Shown: positions 1 through 7,722, counted from the first letter of the stretch. The stretch: DNA of 21,943 bases from Azolla caroliniana (GCA_043228905.1 JBHGNT010000515.1:1-21943), one strand, 5' to 3'. The notes: generated by a model from the letters alone, not told the origin. Numbers and translations are program-made.

Positions 1-27
1 TATAGTTGAAAAAGTTATGTACGTTCT

Positions 28-1065
28 TTAAAAGTGGCGAATACAAGCGCGTGGGCGAAGATCACATTGTTGGAGAAGGCGAGAGGTTGCCACGCTTAGA
101 AGTTGTTCCTCCTCACCGGCCTTGAAACGACGACGTTGTTCCTCATCTTGTCGTCCGGTCATGCGATAACGGCGCTCGTCCTCCTCGCGCTCGCTACTGT
201 CTCTCTCTCGCTCGGCATCCTCTTCCCATTGACGACGTTCCCTTGACACTTGGTTATGGCGGTGACCATCATTGCGTGCCTCTTCTCCGCTAATGTATAA
301 GGCCTCGCGGAGGCGGTTGCAACGCTCTTCTACGGGGATTTGTTCCACGTTCCTGCAGCATCTTTCGGAGGGCCTTGCATATCGGCTGATTTCATCCCAA
401 GAGGTGCGACGGCTTCGTCCACGTTCTTCCTTCTCATTACGTTCTTGTAGGTGGCGGACCTGCCTATCGACGAAGTTTTGGCACTCTTGCCTCAACTCTC
501 GGTCTCGTGGCTCATCGCGATCGCGGCCGCGACGATCCCGTTCCTCTTCGGACTCTCTCTTGTTGTCTCTGCGACGTCCTTCATCGAGGGATCCTTCACG
601 ACGTCGGTCGCGCCTCTCCTGCTCGACATCCTCCTCCCTGCGTCGATCGCGCCTCTCGTCACGTGACTCATCACGATCGCGACCGCGACGATCCCGTTCC
701 TCTTCGGACTCTCTCTTGTTGTCTCCGTAGCGCCCCTCCTCGATGGACCCCTCGCGACGTCCCCCGCGCCTCTCCTCATCGAAATCCTCCTCCCTGCGTC
801 GATCGCGCCTCTCCTCACGTGGCTCATCGCGATCGTGACTGCGACGATCCCGGTCCTCATCCGACTCTCTCTTGTTGTCTCTGTAGCGCCCCTCATCGAT
901 GGATCCCTCACGACGTCCGCTGCGCCTCTCCTCGTCGACATCCTCCTCCCTACGTCGATCGCGCCTCTCCTCTTCGCGATCCCGTCCTACAGATCTAGCA
1001 TTGGCCGCGCCGCAGGCGGCTAGCATGATAACCGCCATGAGGAATATGATAGTGAGCTTCGCCAT
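28..1065 (-). CDS. 2S albumin-like seed/spore storage protein precursor with N-terminal Arg/Glu/Asp-rich repeats (copy 1), 345 aa
   Basis: ATG in plant-type context (AAGCAATGGCG); hydrophobic signal peptide MAKLTIIFLMAVIMLAACGAANA ending A-N-A; Cys pattern C195..C236C237-X9-ERC249..C334-X6-C341; PSERCC motif resembles conifer 2S albumins; intronless; TATA/RY/ABRE promoter upstream. Family call is from motif recognition, not a database search. Confidence 0.85.
   Translation of the reverse strand: MAKLTIIFLMAVIMLAACGAANARSVGRDREEERRDRRREEDVDEERRSGRREGSIDEGRYRDNKRESDEDRDRRSHDRDEPREERRDRRREEDFDEERRGGRREGSIEEGRYGDNKRESEEERDRRGRDRDESRDERRDRRREEDVEQERRDRRREGSLDEGRRRDNKRESEEERDRRGRDRDEPRDRELRQECQNFVDRQVRHLQERNEKEERGRSRRTSWDEISRYARPSERCCRNVEQIPVEERCNRLREALYISGEEARNDGHRHNQVSRERRQWEEDAERERDSSEREEDERRYRMTGRQDEEQRRRFKAGEEEQLLSVATSRLLQQCDLRPRACIRHF
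508..975 (-). repeat. Intragenic 3 x 156-bp (52-aa) tandem repeat, present in every full gene copy
   Basis: gactctctcttgttgtctc recurs at 551, 707 and 863 (period 156). Protein repeats are aa 31-82, 83-134 and 135-186, consensus xEERRDRRREEDxDEERRxxRREGSIDEGRYRDNKRESEEERDRRGRDRDEP. Confidence 0.97.
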
Positions 1066-1131
1066 TGCTTGTGTTCGGAACTACCCCGGTTCTCTCTCCG
1101 CCTATTTGAGTGTGTCATGGTTGATCCACCC

Positions 1132-1138
1132 TTATATA
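1132..1138 (-). promoter_or_regulatory. TATA box (TATATAA) of copy 1
   Basis: Plus-strand ttatata at 1132-1138 reads TATATAA on the gene strand, about 67-73 bp upstream of the ATG and directly downstream of the RY elements. Confidence 0.8.
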
Positions 1139-1146
1139 CACAAGGC

Positions 1147-1169
1147 CATGCATGTCTAGTACATGCATG
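1147..1169. promoter_or_regulatory. Paired RY/Sph elements (CATGCATG x2), B3-domain ABI3/FUS3/LEC2-type sites
   Basis: Perfect CATGCATG at 1147-1154 and 1162-1169. RY elements are the established hallmark of seed storage protein promoters. Confidence 0.85.
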
Positions 1170-1176
1170 TCCCTTC

Positions 1177-1184
1177 CCACGTCC
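1177..1184 (-). promoter_or_regulatory. ABRE/G-box-like element (GGACGTGG)
   Basis: ccacgtcc on the plus strand gives an ACGTGG core on the gene strand, adjacent to the RY pair. Confidence 0.6.
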
Positions 1185-1258
1185 ATTCCTATAGACGTTA
1201 ATGGCATGATCCATACTTGGGCCACGGAAGAGACCATTCACTTTTATCCACCCCCCTT

Positions 1259-1266
1259 TACGTGTC
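1259..1266 (+). promoter_or_regulatory. ABRE (TACGTGTC)
   Basis: Exact match to the classical ABA-responsive element TACGTGTC, about 200 bp upstream of the ATG. Confidence 0.65.
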
Positions 1267-1367
1267 CAGGATCCTCCTGCTTCGACCTACCATATCACTA
1301 GCCCTATACTCACCTCCATCACACCAGGAGTGGGATTATGCACTTGGGCATTTCAAATCTACTAACC

Positions 1368-1386
1368 TATGGACGCTTCGTCCATA
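1368..1386. other. Perfect 8-bp inverted repeat (TATGGACG-ctt-CGTCCATA), once per unit
   Basis: 1368-1375 and 1379-1386 are exact reverse complements around a 3-nt loop; function unknown. Confidence 0.6.
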
Positions 1387-1901
1387 TTGCAACGTAGACA
1401 GTATGTAACCTCATGATAGCCACCTACACATGTGATGCCATTGAGGTTGTAGAGTGCGTATGGGCCTCGTAAAACGAGGATAAGGTGGTGAGAAAAGGTT
1501 TTTAGGGTGTTGGTTCTCTCCACGAAAACGTTATCGGTGGTTGTGGCCACGAGGGGGTTTAGAATCCATTGCGACCAACATACGGACGACGACACGCGTT
1601 TTCATTGTGATTACAAGATCCGTCGTCGTTGTGGACGCTGCAACCACCGGAGGAATATGAAGGTGGCACCATTCAAGGACAACATTTCTAGGTGAAACAT
1701 GCGTGGGTTGGTTGGTTCACACGATGATGAAAATGGTAGATAGACATGGGAATTTCATGTGGAATCATGTTTGTAGTAGGAGTTACGATCAGCCACTACT
1801 ATTGCGCACATCATGGTACGGCGAGACACGGCATTGTATGAGGGTGGCTTCAATACAACATTGTGATGGCATCGACGTTTGACGAGTTTCGCGTTGCTCG
1901 T

Positions 1902-2063
1902 GAGAGAGATAGCGATAGATGGATAGAGATAGATATAGGTAGGGTGGGAGTGGGTAGTGTGCGTGTGGGCACGTTACCTAATCATGTGTGCGTGGAGTTT
2001 CATTTTGCTTGTGCAATGAGCGAGCGAGGGCACGCGACCTGATCGTGCGTGCGTGCGTGCATG
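1902..2063. repeat. Low-complexity spacer tract: degenerate (GA/GATA)n, G-runs and (CGTG)4, once per unit
   Basis: gagagagatagcgatagatggatagagatagatata at ~1902-1937; gggtgggagtggg at 1942-1954; (cgtg)4 at 2044-2059. Confidence 0.6.
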
Positions 2064-2188
2064 TTGTGCGCGAGCGTGGGAGAAATATGATTGAGAGGGT
2101 TATGAGAACGTCAAGACACCACACAGAGCACACCATTTACATTTACGATGTTCAGAAAGTGTATAGTTGAAAAAGTTATGTACGTTCT

Positions 2189-3226
2189 TTAAAAGTGGCG
2201 AATACAAGCGCGTGGGCGAAGATCACATTGTTGGAGAAGGCGAGAGGTTGCCACGCTTAGAAGTTGTTCCTCCTCACCGGCCTTGAAACGACGACGTTGT
2301 TCCTCATCTTGTCGTCCGGTCATGCGATAACGGCGCTCGTCCTCCTCGCGCTCGCTACTGTCTCTCTCTCGCTCGGCATCCTCTTCCCATTGACGACGTT
2401 CCCTTGACACTTGGTTATGGCGGTGACCATCATTGCGTGCCTCTTCTCCGCTAATGTATAAGGCCTCGCGGAGGCGGTTGCAACGCTCTTCTACGGGGAT
2501 TTGTTCCACGTTCCTGCAGCATCTTTCGGAGGGCCTTGCATATCGGCTGATTTCATCCCAAGAGGTGCGACGGCTTCGTCCACGTTCTTCCTTCTCATTA
2601 CGTTCTTGTAGGTGGCGGACCTGCCTATCGACGAAGTTTTGGCACTCTTGCCTCAACTCTCGGTCTCGTGGCTCATCGCGATCGCGGCCGCGACGATCCC
2701 GTTCCTCTTCGGACTCTCTCTTGTTGTCTCTGCGACGTCCTTCATCGAGGGATCCTTCACGACGTCGGTCGCGCCTCTCCTGCTCGACATCCTCCTCCCT
2801 GCGTCGATCGCGCCTCTCGTCACGTGACTCATCACGATCGCGACCGCGACGATCCCGTTCCTCTTCGGACTCTCTCTTGTTGTCTCCGTAGCGCCCCTCC
2901 TCGATGGACCCCTCGCGACGTCCCCCGCGCCTCTCCTCATCGAAATCCTCCTCCCTGCGTCGATCGCGCCTCTCCTCACGTGGCTCATCGCGATCGTGAC
3001 TGCGACGATCCCGGTCCTCATCCGACTCTCTCTTGTTGTCTCTGTAGCGCCCCTCATCGATGGATCCCTCACGACGTCCGCTGCGCCTCTCCTCGTCGAC
3101 ATCCTCCTCCCTACGTCGATCGCGCCTCTCCTCTTCGCGATCCCGTCCTACAGATCTAGCATTGGCCGCGCCGCAGGCGGCTAGCATGATAACCGCCATG
3201 AGGAATATGATAGTGAGCTTCGCCAT
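2189..3226 (-). CDS. 2S albumin-like storage protein precursor (copy 2), 345 aa
   Basis: Translation identical to copy 1. Confidence 0.85.
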   Translation of the reverse strand: MAKLTIIFLMAVIMLAACGAANARSVGRDREEERRDRRREEDVDEERRSGRREGSIDEGRYRDNKRESDEDRDRRSHDRDEPREERRDRRREEDFDEERRGGRREGSIEEGRYGDNKRESEEERDRRGRDRDESRDERRDRRREEDVEQERRDRRREGSLDEGRRRDNKRESEEERDRRGRDRDEPRDRELRQECQNFVDRQVRHLQERNEKEERGRSRRTSWDEISRYARPSERCCRNVEQIPVEERCNRLREALYISGEEARNDGHRHNQVSRERRQWEEDAERERDSSEREEDERRYRMTGRQDEEQRRRFKAGEEEQLLSVATSRLLQQCDLRPRACIRHF

Positions 3227-3292
3227 TGCTTGTGTTCGGAACTACCCCGGTTCTCTCTCCGCCTATTTGAGTGTGTCATGGTTGATCCACCC

Positions 3293-3427
3293 TTATATAC
3301 ACAAGGCCATGCATGTCTAGTACATGCATGTCCCTTCCCACGTCCATTCCTATAGACGTTAATGGCATGATCCATACTTGGGCCACGGAAGAGACCATTC
3401 ACTTTTATCCACCCCCCTTTACGTGTC
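3293..3427 (-). promoter_or_regulatory. TATA + 2xRY + ABRE promoter module, copy 2
   Basis: Same sequence as 1132-1266. Confidence 0.75.
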
Positions 3428-4349
3428 CAGGATCCTCCTGCTTCGACCTACCATATCACTAGCCCTATACTCACCTCCATCACACCAGGAGTGGGATTAT
3501 GCACTTGGGCATTTCAAATCTACTAACCTATGGACGCTTCGTCCATATTGCAACGTAGACAGTATGTAACCTCATGATAGCCACCTACACATGTGATGCC
3601 ATTGAGGTTGTAGAGTGCGTATGGGCCTCGTAAAACGAGGATAAGGTGGTGAGAAAAGGTTTTTAGGGTGTTGGTTCTCTCCACGAAAACGTTATCGGTG
3701 GTTGTGGCCACGAGGGGGTTTAGAATCCATTGCGACCAACATACGGACGACGACACGCGTTTTCATTGTGATTACAAGATCCGTCGTCGTTGTGGACGCT
3801 GCAACCACCGGAGGAATATGAAGGTGGCACCATTCAAGGACAACATTTCTAGGTGAAACATGCGTGGGTTGGTTGGTTCACACGATGATGAAAATGGTAG
3901 ATAGACATGGGAATTTCATGTGGAATCATGTTTGTAGTAGGAGTTACGATCAGCCACTACTATTGCGCACATCATGGTACGGCGAGACACGGCATTGTAT
4001 GAGGGTGGCTTCAATACAACATTGTGATGGCATCGACGTTTGACGAGTTTCGCGTTGCTCGTGAGAGAGATAGCGATAGATGGATAGAGATAGATATAGG
4101 TAGGGTGGGAGTGGGTAGTGTGCGTGTGGGCACGTTACCTAATCATGTGTGCGTGGAGTTTCATTTTGCTTGTGCAATGAGCGAGCGAGGGCACGCGACC
4201 TGATCGTGCGTGCGTGCGTGCATGTTGTGCGCGAGCGTGGGAGAAATATGATTGAGAGGGTTATGAGAACGTCAAGACACCACACAGAGCACACCATTTA
4301 CATTTACGATGTTCAGAAAGTGTATAGTTGAAAAAGTTATGTACGTTCT

Positions 4350-5387
4350 TTAAAAGTGGCGAATACAAGCGCGTGGGCGAAGATCACATTGTTGGAGAAG
4401 GCGAGAGGTTGCCACGCTTAGAAGTTGTTCCTCCTCACCGGCCTTGAAACGACGACGTTGTTCCTCATCTTGTCGTCCGGTCATGCGATAACGGCGCTCG
4501 TCCTCCTCGCGCTCGCTACTGTCTCTCTCTCGCTCGGCATCCTCTTCCCATTGACGACGTTCCCTTGACACTTGGTTATGGCGGTGACCATCATTGCGTG
4601 CCTCTTCTCCGCTAATGTATAAGGCCTCGCGGAGGCGGTTGCAACGCTCTTCTACGGGGATTTGTTCCACGTTCCTGCAGCATCTTTCGGAGGGCCTTGC
4701 ATATCGGCTGATTTCATCCCAAGAGGTGCGACGGCTTCGTCCACGTTCTTCCTTCTCATTACGTTCTTGTAGGTGGCGGACCTGCCTATCGACGAAGTTT
4801 TGGCACTCTTGCCTCAACTCTCGGTCTCGTGGCTCATCGCGATCGCGGCCGCGACGATCCCGTTCCTCTTCGGACTCTCTCTTGTTGTCTCTGCGACGTC
4901 CTTCATCGAGGGATCCTTCACGACGTCGGTCGCGCCTCTCCTGCTCGACATCCTCCTCCCTGCGTCGATCGCGCCTCTCGTCACGTGACTCATCACGATC
5001 GCGACCGCGACGATCCCGTTCCTCTTCGGACTCTCTCTTGTTGTCTCCGTAGCGCCCCTCCTCGATGGACCCCTCGCGACGTCCCCCGCGCCTCTCCTCA
5101 TCGAAATCCTCCTCCCTGCGTCGATCGCGCCTCTCCTCACGTGGCTCATCGCGATCGTGACTGCGACGATCCCGGTCCTCATCCGACTCTCTCTTGTTGT
5201 CTCTGTAGCGCCCCTCATCGATGGATCCCTCACGACGTCCGCTGCGCCTCTCCTCGTCGACATCCTCCTCCCTACGTCGATCGCGCCTCTCCTCTTCGCG
5301 ATCCCGTCCTACAGATCTAGCATTGGCCGCGCCGCAGGCGGCTAGCATGATAACCGCCATGAGGAATATGATAGTGAGCTTCGCCAT
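4350..5387 (-). CDS. 2S albumin-like storage protein precursor (copy 3), 345 aa
   Basis: Translation identical to copy 1. Confidence 0.85.
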   Translation of the reverse strand: MAKLTIIFLMAVIMLAACGAANARSVGRDREEERRDRRREEDVDEERRSGRREGSIDEGRYRDNKRESDEDRDRRSHDRDEPREERRDRRREEDFDEERRGGRREGSIEEGRYGDNKRESEEERDRRGRDRDESRDERRDRRREEDVEQERRDRRREGSLDEGRRRDNKRESEEERDRRGRDRDEPRDRELRQECQNFVDRQVRHLQERNEKEERGRSRRTSWDEISRYARPSERCCRNVEQIPVEERCNRLREALYISGEEARNDGHRHNQVSRERRQWEEDAERERDSSEREEDERRYRMTGRQDEEQRRRFKAGEEEQLLSVATSRLLQQCDLRPRACIRHF

Positions 5388-5453
5388 TGCTTGTGTTCGG
5401 AACTACCCCGGTTCTCTCTCCGCCTATTTGAGTGTGTCATGGTTGATCCACCC

Positions 5454-5588
5454 TTATATACACAAGGCCATGCATGTCTAGTACATGCATGTCCCTTCCC
5501 ACGTCCATTCCTATAGACGTTAATGGCATGATCCATACTTGGGCCACGGAAGAGACCATTCACTTTTATCCACCCCCCTTTACGTGTC
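5454..5588 (-). promoter_or_regulatory. TATA + 2xRY + ABRE promoter module, copy 3
   Basis: Same sequence as 1132-1266. Confidence 0.75.
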
Positions 5589-6510
5589 CAGGATCCTCCT
5601 GCTTCGACCTACCATATCACTAGCCCTATACTCACCTCCATCACACCAGGAGTGGGATTATGCACTTGGGCATTTCAAATCTACTAACCTATGGACGCTT
5701 CGTCCATATTGCAACGTAGACAGTATGTAACCTCATGATAGCCACCTACACATGTGATGCCATTGAGGTTGTAGAGTGCGTATGGGCCTCGTAAAACGAG
5801 GATAAGGTGGTGAGAAAAGGTTTTTAGGGTGTTGGTTCTCTCCACGAAAACGTTATCGGTGGTTGTGGCCACGAGGGGGTTTAGAATCCATTGCGACCAA
5901 CATACGGACGACGACACGCGTTTTCATTGTGATTACAAGATCCGTCGTCGTTGTGGACGCTGCAACCACCGGAGGAATATGAAGGTGGCACCATTCAAGG
6001 ACAACATTTCTAGGTGAAACATGCGTGGGTTGGTTGGTTCACACGATGATGAAAATGGTAGATAGACATGGGAATTTCATGTGGAATCATGTTTGTAGTA
6101 GGAGTTACGATCAGCCACTACTATTGCGCACATCATGGTACGGCGAGACACGGCATTGTATGAGGGTGGCTTCAATACAACATTGTGATGGCATCGACGT
6201 TTGACGAGTTTCGCGTTGCTCGTGAGAGAGATAGCGATAGATGGATAGAGATAGATATAGGTAGGGTGGGAGTGGGTAGTGTGCGTGTGGGCACGTTACC
6301 TAATCATGTGTGCGTGGAGTTTCATTTTGCTTGTGCAATGAGCGAGCGAGGGCACGCGACCTGATCGTGCGTGCGTGCGTGCATGTTGTGCGCGAGCGTG
6401 GGAGAAATATGATTGAGAGGGTTATGAGAACGTCAAGACACCACACAGAGCACACCATTTACATTTACGATGTTCAGAAAGTGTATAGTTGAAAAAGTTA
6501 TGTACGTTCT

Positions 6511-7521
6511 TTAAAAGTGGCGAATACAAGCGCGTGGGCGAAGATCACATTGTTGGAGAAGGCGAGAGGTTGCCACGCTTAGAAGTTGTTCCTCCTCACC
6601 GGCCTTGAAACGACGACGTTGTTCCTCATCTTGTCGTCCGGTCATGCGATAACGGCGCTCGTCCTCCTCGCGCTCGCTACTGTCTCTCTCTCGCTCGGCA
6701 TCCTCTTCCCATTGACGACGTTCCCTTGACACTTGGTTATGGCGGTGACCATCATTGCGTGCCTCTTCTCCGCTAATGTATAAGGCCTCGCGGAGGCGGT
6801 TGCAACGCTCTTCTACGGGGATTTGTTCCACGTTCCTGCAGCATCTTTCGGAGGGCCTTGCATATCGGCTGATTTCATCCCAAGAGGTGCGACGGCTTCG
6901 TCCACGTTCTTCCTTCTCATTACGTTCTTGTAGGTGGCGGACCTGCCTATCGACGAAGTTTTGGCACTCTTGCCTCAACTCTCGGTCTCGAATCCGTTCC
7001 TCTTCGGACTCTCTCTTGTTGTCTCTGCGACGTCCTTCATCGAGGGATCCTTCACGACGTCGGTCGCGCCTCTCCTGCTCGACATCCTCCTCCCTGCGTC
7101 GATCGCGCCTCTCGTCACGTGACTCATCACGATCGCGACCGCGACGATCCCGTTCCTCTTCGGACTCTCTCTTGTTGTCTCCGTAGCGCCCCTCCTCGAT
7201 GGACCCCTCGCGACGTCCCCCGCGCCTCTCCTCATCGAAATCCTCCTCCCTGCGTCGATCGCGCCTCTCCTCACGTGGCTCATCGCGATCGTGACTGCGA
7301 CGATCCCGGTCCTCATCCGACTCTCTCTTGTTGTCTCTGTAGCGCCCCTCATCGATGGATCCCTCACGACGTCCGCTGCGCCTCTCCTCGTCGACATCCT
7401 CCTCCCTACGTCGATCGCGCCTCTCCTCTTCGCGATCCCGTCCTACAGATCTAGCATTGGCCGCGCCGCAGGCGGCTAGCATGATAACCGCCATGAGGAA
7501 TATGATAGTGAGCTTCGCCAT
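6511..7521 (-). CDS. 2S albumin-like storage protein precursor (copy 4), 336-aa in-frame deletion variant
   Basis: As copy 1 but DRRGRDRDEP is replaced by I at the end of repeat 3 (30 bp replaced by 'aat' at 6991-6993). Confidence 0.83.
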   Translation of the reverse strand: MAKLTIIFLMAVIMLAACGAANARSVGRDREEERRDRRREEDVDEERRSGRREGSIDEGRYRDNKRESDEDRDRRSHDRDEPREERRDRRREEDFDEERRGGRREGSIEEGRYGDNKRESEEERDRRGRDRDESRDERRDRRREEDVEQERRDRRREGSLDEGRRRDNKRESEEERIRDRELRQECQNFVDRQVRHLQERNEKEERGRSRRTSWDEISRYARPSERCCRNVEQIPVEERCNRLREALYISGEEARNDGHRHNQVSRERRQWEEDAERERDSSEREEDERRYRMTGRQDEEQRRRFKAGEEEQLLSVATSRLLQQCDLRPRACIRHF

Positions 7522-7587
7522 TGCTTGTGTTCGGAACTACCCCGGTTCTCTCTCCGCCTATTTGAGTGTGTCATGGTTGATCCACCC

Positions 7588-7722
7588 TTATATACACAAG
7601 GCCATGCATGTCTAGTACATGCATGTCCCTTCCCACGTCCATTCCTATAGACGTTAATGGCATGATCCATACTTGGGCCACGGAAGAGACCATTCACTTT
7701 TATCCACCCCCCTTTACGTGTC
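7588..7722 (-). promoter_or_regulatory. TATA + 2xRY + ABRE promoter module, copy 4
   Basis: Same sequence as 1132-1266. Confidence 0.75.

Noticed and set aside
508-975. CRISPR-like array, or an SR/RED-type nuclear splicing protein
   Set aside because: Repeats are contiguous and in-frame with no unique spacers. The signal peptide and Cys scaffold indicate a secretory-pathway protein, and there is no RRM.
272-1159. Overlapping plus-strand and alternate-frame ORFs (152-aa Ser/Arg-rich, 163 aa, 149 aa, 86 aa, 71 aa, 62 aa), repeated in each unit
   Set aside because: Shadows of the GC-rich, repetitive Arg/Glu/Asp codons of the main gene; several lack an ATG start, and none has a promoter or recognisable domain.
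1427-1434. CACATGTG E-box/MYC palindrome (also TGGGCC site-II-like motifs near 1218 and 1461)
   Set aside because: Short, common motifs with no independent support.
1498-1562. Telomere-like TTTAGGG (1501-1507) and GGGTTTAG
   Set aside because: Single isolated heptamers, not an array or a full telo-box; expected by chance.
1586-1629. Inverted ACGACGAC / GTCGTCGT pair as a possible MITE or RNA hairpin
   Set aside because: Only 8 bp of trinucleotide-repeat sequence; no extended pairing or target-site duplication.
1217-2170. Short 60-77 aa ORFs in the spacer
   Set aside because: Mostly non-ATG starts, no recognisable motifs, and they overlap promoter or low-complexity sequence.
2100-2188. Polyadenylation signal of the gene
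   Set aside because: No AATAAA on the gene strand; only GTAAATGTAAAT followed by a GT-rich stretch, too weak to call without 3' RACE.
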